From Dehalococcoidia bacterium (GTDB lineage: Bacteria; Chloroflexota; Dehalococcoidia; SHYD01; SHYC01): 64,000 nucleotides of DNA. Every line of letters begins with the position of its first letter. Position 1 is the first letter of the stretch. The stretch lies in assembly GCA_009693005.1 (NCBI GenBank), contig SHYC01000001.1:3580-67579 (forward strand), given 5' to 3'. Positions 8,176 to 16,935 of the stretch are shown here, piece by piece. The position numbers were made by a program, and so were the translations under genes. The notes beneath the pieces are model-generated. The model did no database searches. It was not told where the DNA came from and saw nothing but the letters and a program-made list of their open reading frames with translations.

Positions 8176-9618
8176 CTACGATAAGCCCAACACCCGCACT
8201 GCACCCTCTACCGCAGTTACCACCGGGGCCGGATAGACGCCAATCAGGATAACTGCCGCTAACAGCACGATCAAAGTCCCAACGGTCAGCGCAGGCATAG
8301 GAAGCCTGCTCATATCCTGCGGCTGGGATATATACATCTGCCTGACCACCTGTATGTAATAGTAAAGAGAGATGAGGCTGTTTGTCACGGCTATAGCCAC
8401 CAGCCATAGAAGGCCGCTATTGGCAGCGGCGGTGAACAGATAGAATTTGGTGACAAAACCAGCGAAAAACGGCAGCCCGGCCAGTGAAAATAGGGCAATG
8501 GTCATAGACAACGCCAAAAATGGCGCTCTTTCTGCAAGGCCCGCGTAATCACTAATTTCGTCCTTCCCGGTAAGATTAAAGTAAGCCGTAGCGCACATGA
8601 AAGCCACGAGATTGCTAGCGCCGTAGCCTGCCACATGAAGAAGTACCGCGCTTGCGGTGAAAGAGTTTAGCGCCACAAGCCCAATCAATAGATAGCCTAC
8701 CTGGGATATACTTGAGTAGGCCAACAGTCTCATCATATTGTGCTGCTGTATGGCTACCAGATTTCCTATGGTCATCGACACTACCGCGATAACTGCCACA
8801 ACAATACCCCACTCCGCCGCAACAGGAGCGAGAGCGCCGGAGAAAAATCTCAGTAACAGCGCGAAGCCTGCGGCCTTCGAGGCTACGGATATGAGGGCGG
8901 TTACGGGTATCGGAGCGCCCTCGTAGACGTCTGGAGTCCACATGTGGAAGGGGACCGCAGCCACTTTGAAACCCAGGCCGGCAGTTATAAGGACCAGCGC
9001 CATAACAAGCCCGCCACTCAGTCCATTGGTCGTTATTAATGTCTCCAACGCCTGCGCAATTCCCACGTAAGAAGTTGTCCCGGCAATGCCGTATAAAAAG
9101 CTGAAGCCATACAGCAGCAGCGCCGAGGCAAACGCGCTGAGGATTATATACTTAAGGCCAGCCTCGTTGGACTTAGGATTGTCTCGAGCGTATGAAACCA
9201 GCACGTAAAGACAAAAGTTCAACAGCTCCAGCGATATATACGCGGTGATTATCTCTCCGGCCTCGGCCATCCCGATCATTGCCAGAGTAGCGAATAGGAT
9301 TAGGCTATAATACTCACCCGGATACCTAAGCCTCTGGTGAACAAAGTCCACAGACATCAATACCACGCTAAGTGACATAAGCGGGAACAGGATACGAAAG
9401 AAGGTAGTGTAGTCGTCTACAATGACCATGCCATTGTAGAGGAAGCCCTGTATATCAGAGCCAGACACAGAGATAACTACAGCCAGGACCAATACCAAAG
9501 CGGTAATGGCGGCAAGAGCCCTCTTGCTTTCCCGCGGCAGGAAGAGGTCACCCACCAGCACAACAAATGCTGAGATAGCCAAAAAGAGCTCCGGAGTGAT
9601 GAGAGATAGATTAATCAT
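8176..9618 (-). CDS. nuoN: NADH-quinone oxidoreductase subunit N
   Basis: 480 aa polytopic membrane protein with the NuoN/ND2 pattern. It overlaps nuoM by 4 nt. The stop is TAG. Confidence 0.9.
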   Translation of the reverse strand: MINLSLITPELFLAISAFVVLVGDLFLPRESKRALAAITALVLVLAVVISVSGSDIQGFLYNGMVIVDDYTTFFRILFPLMSLSVVLMSVDFVHQRLRYPGEYYSLILFATLAMIGMAEAGEIITAYISLELLNFCLYVLVSYARDNPKSNEAGLKYIILSAFASALLLYGFSFLYGIAGTTSYVGIAQALETLITTNGLSGGLVMALVLITAGLGFKVAAVPFHMWTPDVYEGAPIPVTALISVASKAAGFALLLRFFSGALAPVAAEWGIVVAVIAVVSMTIGNLVAIQQHNMMRLLAYSSISQVGYLLIGLVALNSFTASAVLLHVAGYGASNLVAFMCATAYFNLTGKDEISDYAGLAERAPFLALSMTIALFSLAGLPFFAGFVTKFYLFTAAANSGLLWLVAIAVTNSLISLYYYIQVVRQMYISQPQDMSRLPMPALTVGTLIVLLAAVILIGVYPAPVVTAVEGAVRVLGLS

Positions 9619-11111
9619 CCTGCGCCTGCTGCAAGGCCGATTCTTAGGATAAGAGGCGCGACGCCGCTGTTAATAACGGCCATCACGGGGCTGGGGTAAA
9701 GTCCAATAAAGAGCAAAGTAAAGACCAGGATAGCCATTCCGATTCCCTGTATCAGTGGGGCATCCTGCATCTGCGACCAGCGTTCATTCAGAGGACCAAA
9801 AAATACCGTTGCTATAAGCCTCAGGATATATACCGCAGTTATCGCAGCGCCTATCACTCCCAAGACGCCAAAGACAGGATATTTCTCGAACGTAGCAACG
9901 AATATCAGGAACTCGGCCACAAAGCCGCTGAAGCCGGGCAAGCCCAAAGAGGTAAGCCCGGCTACAGCAAAAAAAGCGGCTACCACACCCATACGCCTGG
10001 CCAGGCCACCAAACACAGCTATCTCCCTGGTATGGGCCTGGTCATAGATGACGCCGACCGCGGCGAAAAAGAGGGCCGTCATGATGCCGTGGGAAAACAT
10101 CTGGAGGACTGCGGCGCTGAGGCCGATGGGCAAAAGAGTAGCCATCCCCATTAACACATATCCCATGTGGCTGACGCTGGAATACCCGATAACGTATTTC
10201 AGGTCCTTCTGCCCCAACGCTGAGATCGCGCCATATATCACGTTGACAGTGGCCAGGACTATCAGCAGAGGCATCCAGGTGACAGCGCCCTGGGGCAGGA
10301 GGAGTATCCCAACCCGTATTATTCCATAAGCCCCAAGTTTCATTAGAACGCCGGCGTGCAGCATGCTTACCGCCGTAGGTGCAGCCACGTGACCATCCGG
10401 CGACCAGGTGTGGAAGGGCCAGAGGCCGGCAAGGACCCCAAAGCCTATTAAGATCAGCGGAAAGAAGAAATTCTGAAATTCCGTGGGGAAGGACACTTCT
10501 TGAAGGATAAGGATATCGAAGCTGCCGGTACCGGATTGAACGTACATAGCTAAGAGCGCCAGCCATACAGGGACGCTTCCGGCTACCAAGTATATAGTAA
10601 GCTTAAGGGCGCCGTACTCCTTGGTGCGTGCGAAGTTTCCAAAGTCACTGCTGCTGCCCCATATTCCTATGAGAGGATACATAGGGATGACGGCAAGCTC
10701 ATAAAAGAAGAAGAAGAAGAAAAGGTCTAAAGACTCAAATGTGCCATATACGCCCGCAACGAGGAAAAACAGAAGAATGAAATAGTCCTTCGCGCGATAG
10801 CTCGTCTTCCAGGAGATCAGGACGGCAGAAAAGATGACTATCCCGGTAAGGAGCACCATAGGAGAGGAGATGCCATCTACGCCGAGGTGTAGGGAGACTC
10901 CAAGCTGAGGCAGCCACTTGTAACGCTCTTCCAGTTGGTAACCGGGCAGCGAGGGGTTAAAGATCAGGAACTGATACAACGACAGAGCCAGGCTGCAAAA
11001 CGCGGTCAGTAGAGCCGTCCGCTTAATAGCTCGGTCCCAGGTGGATGGCATAGCCATTATCGCCAATGCGCCAAGGACGGGCAAGAAAATGGTTAGAGAG
11101 AGGATAGGCAC
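9615..11111 (-). CDS. nuoM: NADH-quinone oxidoreductase subunit M
   Basis: 498 aa, NuoM/ND4 family (WLPQLGVSLHLGVDGISSPMVLLT...). Confidence 0.9.
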   Translation of the reverse strand: MPILSLTIFLPVLGALAIMAMPSTWDRAIKRTALLTAFCSLALSLYQFLIFNPSLPGYQLEERYKWLPQLGVSLHLGVDGISSPMVLLTGIVIFSAVLISWKTSYRAKDYFILLFFLVAGVYGTFESLDLFFFFFFYELAVIPMYPLIGIWGSSSDFGNFARTKEYGALKLTIYLVAGSVPVWLALLAMYVQSGTGSFDILILQEVSFPTEFQNFFFPLILIGFGVLAGLWPFHTWSPDGHVAAPTAVSMLHAGVLMKLGAYGIIRVGILLLPQGAVTWMPLLIVLATVNVIYGAISALGQKDLKYVIGYSSVSHMGYVLMGMATLLPIGLSAAVLQMFSHGIMTALFFAAVGVIYDQAHTREIAVFGGLARRMGVVAAFFAVAGLTSLGLPGFSGFVAEFLIFVATFEKYPVFGVLGVIGAAITAVYILRLIATVFFGPLNERWSQMQDAPLIQGIGMAILVFTLLFIGLYPSPVMAVINSGVAPLILRIGLAAGAG

Positions 11112-11404
11112 CCTTTGGTTTCAAGACCTCCTGGCTACCAGCCGTTCAGGGATGACTGTCACTCGTAGTGTCTCCAAAGGCACCTCGCCCCGGCGAGAGG
11201 CTCTCGAACTACAGAATTTTGGCACCCAATAACGGACACTATCACAGACAGAGCTATAATGTCAAAAAGTTTACGCTCTACAACTATGCTGTTTATTCCT
11301 AAAACTGCGGTGAGGAATTTGTAGTATAATACACGGCTGTCGTCACGTTTTTAGATACGATCTCTAAGCACGATATTAATCACATAATAAGTTGGCTGAA
11401 CCAG

Positions 11405-12637
11405 ATGCAAAGACACTTTTCAATTCTCTCTACTGAATTCGAGCGAGGTCCATCTCTTAATAATACCGGGGTCCTGCCTTACCAACGGCTTAAGGAATTC
11501 GTTGGGGCAGGCTACATACGGGCGTCCGAACCCATCACCGAAGAGCAGCTCCAGCCCGCCAGCCTGGACCTAAGGCTGGGCACGGTTGGATACCAACTGC
11601 GCGCCAGCTTTTTACCGGGCAAATCGTCCACTGTTGAAAGTAAGCTTGAAGAGTTGGCGATACAGAAGCTTGACCTCACAACGCCAACTCTCCTGCAAAA
11701 GGGCGGGATATACCTCTTCAATTTACTTGAGGAGTTGAACCTGCCTGATAGAGTGTCGGGCAAGGCCAATCCTAAAAGCACTACAGGAAGACTCGACGTC
11801 TTCTCACGGCTTATCACGGACCATACTGATGAGTTCGAGCGCGTCGGGCCGGGATATAAAGGCGGACTGTACGCAGAAGTCGCTCCCAGGAGCTTCAACA
11901 TAATCGTGCAGGCGGGAGACCGTCTGAACCAATTGCGCCTAATACAAGGTAATATCGCCCCAACCGACGCAAATATAGACGCTCTCCAGGACCGAGCGAC
12001 ATTGGTGTACCTGCCGGATGGCACCCCCATACAGGCAGATTTATTTGACCGACGGCTCCCAACTCTCAGGGACGAAAAGGGCCGTTTCAAGGATCAGCAG
12101 GAAGATATATCTAACTTCCAACTTAGGCTTACCGTAGATTTAGGAAGCACCGGTAACGATAAAATAGTTGGGTTCAAGGCGGTCTATAATGCTCCGCCTA
12201 TAGAGCTGAATAAAGTTGACTACTACGATCCGCGGGATTTCTGGGAGCCGCTCTTCAGCCCGCAGAAGCGACAGATCATACTAAATCCCGGTGACTTCTA
12301 TTTATTGTGGTCCAGACAGAAGGTCAGCATTCGTAATGATTATGCGGCGGAAATGGTAGCATACGATCCCTCAATCGGCGAGTTGCGCATCCATTATGCC
12401 GGCTTCTTCGATCCTGGCTTCGGATACGGCCTTGGAGAAGTACAAGGAACGCGCGCCGTACTGGAAGTCCGCTCACACGATGTCCCCTTCTTACTCCAGG
12501 ATGAGCAGCGTGTAGGTAGTCTAATATACGAAAAACTTCTCGCTACTCCAGAGAAAGTCTACGGAGTCAATGCTGGTTCATCCTACCAGCACCAGACCAT
12601 GGGACTGAGCAAACAGTTCAAAAGCTGGCAAATCTGA
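11405..12637 (+). CDS. 2'-deoxycytidine 5'-triphosphate deaminase (DCD, PF06559-like) family protein with a dUTPase/dCTP-deaminase fold
   Basis: 410 aa. Contains LQPASLDLRLG and a second beta-barrel repeat, typical of the long DCD family. A 290 bp AT-rich leader lies upstream. Confidence 0.65.
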   Translation: MQRHFSILSTEFERGPSLNNTGVLPYQRLKEFVGAGYIRASEPITEEQLQPASLDLRLGTVGYQLRASFLPGKSSTVESKLEELAIQKLDLTTPTLLQKGGIYLFNLLEELNLPDRVSGKANPKSTTGRLDVFSRLITDHTDEFERVGPGYKGGLYAEVAPRSFNIIVQAGDRLNQLRLIQGNIAPTDANIDALQDRATLVYLPDGTPIQADLFDRRLPTLRDEKGRFKDQQEDISNFQLRLTVDLGSTGNDKIVGFKAVYNAPPIELNKVDYYDPRDFWEPLFSPQKRQIILNPGDFYLLWSRQKVSIRNDYAAEMVAYDPSIGELRIHYAGFFDPGFGYGLGEVQGTRAVLEVRSHDVPFLLQDEQRVGSLIYEKLLATPEKVYGVNAGSSYQHQTMGLSKQFKSWQI

Positions 12638-12670
12638 CTTATCGGACAGATTAGAGTTTTGGGTAGGCGC

Positions 12671-13222
12671 ATGAAGAGAATTGCCATAATCGGTTCGGGA
12701 GGCTCCGGGAAATCGACCCTTGCCAGACAGCTTGGAGCCATTCTCAGCTTAGAAGTTACCCACCTGGACTCTATCTTTTGGCGCCCAGGCTGGACAAAGA
12801 CCCCTCTTGAGGAATGGACAACGATACAGCAAGAGCTTGTCCAAAAAGAGACTTGGATTATGGACGGGAATTTTGGCGGAACCCAACATATCCGGCTCGA
12901 AGCGGCGGATACCGTGATTTTCCTGGACCTCCCCCGCCATACATGCTTATGGCGCATCATCAAAAGATGGTATCAATACGCAGGCAGGTCCAGACCAGAC
13001 CTGGCGCCAGGATGCCCGGAGAAGCTAGGCTTATCTTTCCTTGCCTGGATCTGGAATTATCGTAGGCGCAGCCGGCCTTCAATCTTGGAGAGACTCAAAA
13101 GATATGCTCAAGGAAGAAGAATAGTGGTCATCGGACATCCGCGCGAAGTCCGGCAATTCTTAAATGAGGCAGAGCTCGAGAAGGCAGCATCCAGCGCTCA
13201 GATTGCGCCGAAACCCTCGTGA
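12671..13222 (+). CDS. P-loop nucleotide/nucleoside kinase-like protein (AAA_18 / topology-modulation FlaR-like adenylate-kinase fold)
   Basis: Walker A IAIIGSGGSGKSTLARQL sits directly after an ATG at 12671. The track starts the ORF at TTG 12659. The gene lies 21-33 nt downstream of the DCD-like gene. Confidence 0.65.
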   Translation: MKRIAIIGSGGSGKSTLARQLGAILSLEVTHLDSIFWRPGWTKTPLEEWTTIQQELVQKETWIMDGNFGGTQHIRLEAADTVIFLDLPRHTCLWRIIKRWYQYAGRSRPDLAPGCPEKLGLSFLAWIWNYRRRSRPSILERLKRYAQGRRIVVIGHPREVRQFLNEAELEKAASSAQIAPKPS

Positions 13223-13251
13223 ATGATATAATCTAGCTTGTCAACTCTAAT

Positions 13252-13323
13252 GGGCTCGTAGCTCAGCGGCAGAGCGGCCGGCTCATAACCGGTTGGTCGT
13301 AGGTTCGAATCCTGCCGAGCCCA
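13252..13323 (+). tRNA. tRNA with CAU anticodon (Met; could be an elongator, an initiator, or a lysidine-modified Ile2)
   Basis: Cloverleaf drawn by hand: acceptor GGGCTCG/CGAGCCC, D arm GCTCAGCGGCAGAGC, anticodon loop CTCATAA, T arm GGTTCGAATCC, discriminator A. CCA is not encoded. Confidence 0.8.
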
Positions 13324-13636
13324 TACACGCCATAAACGCGAACAGGGGCGGATATTGCGGGTGCGGTTCTACCGAGACGATGCCTAGCCTCTAACTCACC
13401 GGTCTTCGCAGCATCAATCATCCTCTGAAATGCGAGAATCCCCTCCCTCGCAATTTGACCATGAACAATCTGTTGTCCACGCTGACATAGCCAGCGTCAT
13501 CATGTTCCAATAGCGATGCTTCAAGCAGAGTTATGATCAAACCCTTAAAGAACTCGATATCGGCCTCGCTGGGCGGTCAAAAAAGGCAGGTATTTCGGGT
13601 CATGGGCTGGCTACCACAGGCTCTATCTACCTCCTG

Positions 13637-16516
13637 CTATTCCTGCCCTCGCCGTGTGAGCCAGCGCAATACCAGCAATAGCGCGATGAGGAGCAGAAGC
13701 AAAGGGACAGGCCAACATATCCTGTTGGCGGTGCTTGGAAAGCCCGTCGGACCAGCAGCAGGACTGGCTGATACGGGCACCTCTGACGGCGTCAGGGTCA
13801 GAGACGGGATACCCGTGGCTTCAGGCGCAGGTGCCGGACTCTCAGCCGGATTGGGTGCAGTATCAGGCGACGGCTCCGGCTTCGGAGTCGCAGCCGGAGG
13901 GGCTGTCGCTTCAGGCGAGGGCGTCGGAGTCGGCATGACGTCAGGCGTAGCCTCGGGCGTCGGAGTGGCGGGAATGACCCCCCCGTGCCCTCGGCCAGCA
14001 GCCGGAGGCGGTGGCGCATTCAAGGAGTTGGTGTAGGTGCATTCCAGTGAGCCGTTGTCCGGCACCGCGACTACAACATTGGTTCCGGTCGTTGGTACCA
14101 GGCCGTTCTGGTCCGCACAGACCAGACTCACGTACCCCCAGTTCGGATTCGCCGGGTTTGGATTGTCTCCCCCTACCGTCACCGTCGTTAGAAAGCCCGG
14201 CGCGGTCTGGAAGACGATTGCTCCTGTGCTCCCGCTTCCTCCCACTGTGGTTACGCTCGGACTCCCGTCTTCATCCGGCATCCCCGTCCCTGAAGTCGTG
14301 GTGCTGTAGCTGTAATCGAAGGTTCCGTCCCCACCCACTGTTACCTTGTTTATGGTCAAGGTCCCTGCCCCCTGCGCTACGCCGAGTATGTTGGTGATCG
14401 TGCATACAACTTCAGCTCCCACGCTTAGCTCCAACGTGGCGTGGCCGTTACCATCCTGTCCTCCCGTGAACCCTGTTCCCGTGCACTCTACGTCTCCGCT
14501 GTAGTCATTCTCTGTAAGACCGCTGCTCCCCAGATTCCCACTCACCGTTTCACTAATCACTACCGTCCCTGCCATAACTTCCTGAACCCCAGTGCTCCCA
14601 TCTACACCCAGGTTCGATGCCGGTACGTTTTCGTCCAGTACCTCCGAGCCTCTCTGTACTCCGTCAATCATCAGCTTGAAGCTCCCAGGGTCCTTGGTCA
14701 CGAACGGCGGCGTGACCACAACCTTATTCACCGTCAGCTTCGGCGCTATGTCATCGCTGTTAATAGTGCAGGTCTTGCTCTCCCCCAGCACCAGGGTTAC
14801 CGACCCACCACAGTCAAAACTCCCCGCAGCATAGCCCGCCGGCCCTGTGCTTTCACTAAGTATGTAAGTCCCAGCCTCCACGTCCAGCTCGAAGCCGCCG
14901 GCTCCGGAGTACTCAACCGTCCCATCCGCCGTCAGAGTCCAGTCCGTCGCTAATGCCGTGCCACCGTTATCGTTGGTCACTGTCTTGACCAGATTCAGAC
15001 GCGCAGCGCCAACGGTCAACATGGCGGAGACCGCTGCCGCACTCTCACCAATGCTCGTCTTCAACGCGCCTGCCGCCAGGATATTTGTATATACTCCAGC
15101 GAGGGGCGCAGCCACATCGACCGTCACCGTACATCTCCCGGGTACTCCCGCGCTGCCTGCAAGAATTGACCCTCCGGTTAACGTCACCGTCCCTCCACCC
15201 GAACTGGCGCTCACCACTCCAGCGCCACAGGTCGTGGCCGCGTTCGTAGTCCCCGCGATAACTACCCCGGCGGGCAACGTGTCGACTAGCGGTGCAGTTA
15301 AAGGCGCGGCTGTAGGGTTGGGATTGCTCAATGCGATGCTCACGGTCGATATCCCACCTGCAGCAATTTTGGCCGGGCTGAACCCCTTGGCGAGTGTTGG
15401 AAGCACCGGAGGCGGTGGGATGCTGTTAGTGAACGTACAGGTAGTTACCCTACCATACTCAACAGTAATATCGCTTACGTTACTGCCGTTCCGGATGCCG
15501 GTCGCCTTGCCGCGCTCAAGCCCACACTCAACGGAGTCGAGCTGCCAGCCCGCGGGCACTATCTCGGCAACCGAGATGTTCGTCCCTGCCGTAGCCAAAA
15601 AAGCGCCGGTGGTTCCGGCTCCGGTAATTCTCTTGTGGATCGTGCCCGGCTCGACGGTGAAGTTGAAGAGCTGTGAAGTCCCATCCGGAACGACCTTCCT
15701 GATGTTGAGGAAGCCAGTGCCGGCGGCCATAAAGCAGTCAAACGGGTTGTTGTTGCCGACGTTACCCGCCGACGGGTAAGCGCACACGTTGACGAGCGTA
15801 GGGCTGGGATCCTGAATGGCAGGGTACTTCGTGCCCAAATCGGCGGCCAAAGATTGTAGATAGGCGTTGGTGATGTTGATATGCAGGGTCGAGTCGCTAG
15901 GATAAAAGTCGCCCGCTGGGAACGGGTCGTTGTCCGTGACCAGGTTCCCATTCGGGCTCGCAACGAGCAAGTTCAATGTCCCCGACGTAACATCCGTACC
16001 GCGACTGTACGGCTGCGGAGCGCTCGGCTGACCGCATCTGTCATCAAGCTTGTCATCGCATCGGAACACGAACGGCGACCCTCCGGTCGTCCAACCTTTC
16101 GGAACGCTACCGGGGACCTTGGTGGTCTGCGCTATCACCGGGTTTTGTGAAGTCCAGCTCGCCGCATTCTCGATCTGGCCGCACACCACGACGTCGATTT
16201 TGCCGTTGCCGTTAAAATCAAACAGAGCGCACGCGTCACCGGTCTGGCCCGCGAAGTCGACCGAGTCCCAGCTCCAGAACAGCTTGAAGAGGCTTAGAGA
16301 TGTGTCGTCCCGACCCATCCGGGTCAGGTCGACCTGGCCATTCACGTCATTGGCACCCGAGGTGTCGATAAGCGTGAAGAACCCGCTTGGGATCGTGATG
16401 GCGGGTGGAGCGGCGATTGCTATTTGTTTTGCGGCAAACGTGCCTAACAGCGCCATGATGCTCAACACCAGGAGCCCCAGTGCGCGTGGAAAACGATAAC
16501 TTTTTAGATTCTTCAT
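13637..16516 (-). CDS. Large cell-surface protein: signal peptide, multiple DUF11/Cna-B-like repeats (C-T-x-T-N motifs), a Pro/Thr/Ala-rich stalk, and a C-terminal hydrophobic anchor with a basic tail
   Basis: 959 aa. N-terminal MKNLKSYRFPRALGLLVLSIMALLGTFAA; repeats such as TCTFTNS, CTITNILG and ECTYTNS; C-terminus ...PSTANRICWPVPLLLLLIALLLVLRWLTRRGQE. Confidence 0.7.
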   Translation of the reverse strand: MKNLKSYRFPRALGLLVLSIMALLGTFAAKQIAIAAPPAITIPSGFFTLIDTSGANDVNGQVDLTRMGRDDTSLSLFKLFWSWDSVDFAGQTGDACALFDFNGNGKIDVVVCGQIENAASWTSQNPVIAQTTKVPGSVPKGWTTGGSPFVFRCDDKLDDRCGQPSAPQPYSRGTDVTSGTLNLLVASPNGNLVTDNDPFPAGDFYPSDSTLHINITNAYLQSLAADLGTKYPAIQDPSPTLVNVCAYPSAGNVGNNNPFDCFMAAGTGFLNIRKVVPDGTSQLFNFTVEPGTIHKRITGAGTTGAFLATAGTNISVAEIVPAGWQLDSVECGLERGKATGIRNGSNVSDITVEYGRVTTCTFTNSIPPPPVLPTLAKGFSPAKIAAGGISTVSIALSNPNPTAAPLTAPLVDTLPAGVVIAGTTNAATTCGAGVVSASSGGGTVTLTGGSILAGSAGVPGRCTVTVDVAAPLAGVYTNILAAGALKTSIGESAAAVSAMLTVGAARLNLVKTVTNDNGGTALATDWTLTADGTVEYSGAGGFELDVEAGTYILSESTGPAGYAAGSFDCGGSVTLVLGESKTCTINSDDIAPKLTVNKVVVTPPFVTKDPGSFKLMIDGVQRGSEVLDENVPASNLGVDGSTGVQEVMAGTVVISETVSGNLGSSGLTENDYSGDVECTGTGFTGGQDGNGHATLELSVGAEVVCTITNILGVAQGAGTLTINKVTVGGDGTFDYSYSTTTSGTGMPDEDGSPSVTTVGGSGSTGAIVFQTAPGFLTTVTVGGDNPNPANPNWGYVSLVCADQNGLVPTTGTNVVVAVPDNGSLECTYTNSLNAPPPPAAGRGHGGVIPATPTPEATPDVMPTPTPSPEATAPPAATPKPEPSPDTAPNPAESPAPAPEATGIPSLTLTPSEVPVSASPAAGPTGFPSTANRICWPVPLLLLLIALLLVLRWLTRRGQE

Positions 16517-16675
16517 GATAGTGAGTGCGGGTCCGTAATATTTTCAGAATTATTGGGGATACACGATCCTGCACACTACTGCGCAGGTCACCAATCTACC
16601 CGAGAGCGTTTAGTAACATCTCTTAATAAGCGTATATCTGATAAAGCATCGCTGTCAGTGAGATTGATCATATGT

Positions 16676-16713
16676 GACCTATCGGCGCTGTCATTTTCAT
16701 AGACCATCAACAC
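16676..16713 (+). repeat. 38 nt conserved intergenic motif, copy 1: GACCTATCGGCGCTGTCATTTTCATAGACCATCAACAC
   Basis: Near-identical to 63939-63976 (5 mismatches). It contains two direct GACC(T)ATC half-sites about 25 nt apart. Confidence 0.4.
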
Positions 16714-16935
16714 CGACGCACTTTGATATTGACAATAATCGGCGTAAAACTTACTATGTACGAAACCCTCGCAATAGGCGCCGGATTACACTTTCTGCGC
16801 ACTTTCACCAACTGCAGCGCGACCCCTTAAGGGGCTTGGGAAGGGAGACGGGGAATCATATAGACAGCTTGGCTACATGGCTAATCCACTTGCAAACACT
16901 CTATTGTTTATAATACCCAATTGGAGGATACGTCT

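Noticed and set aside
10042-10566. 174 aa minus-strand ORF and 93 aa plus-strand ORF inside nuoM
   Set aside because: They are alternative frames of a clearly conserved membrane-protein gene.
13533-16499. Several plus-strand ORFs of 60-270 aa (for example 14958..15779 and 16050..16499)
   Set aside because: All lie inside the 959 aa surface-protein gene on the opposite strand and are Pro/Ala/Arg-rich antisense artefacts.
16674-16913. 79 aa highly basic ORF that starts inside the 38 nt motif
   Set aside because: The second motif copy at 63939 is not in a conserved reading frame; it hits a stop after 12 codons. The conservation is therefore at nucleotide level, not coding.
16890-16914. TTGCAA / TATAAT promoter candidate upstream of the first CoA-transferase gene
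   Set aside because: The spacer is only about 13 nt. It is plausible but too weak to list as a feature.
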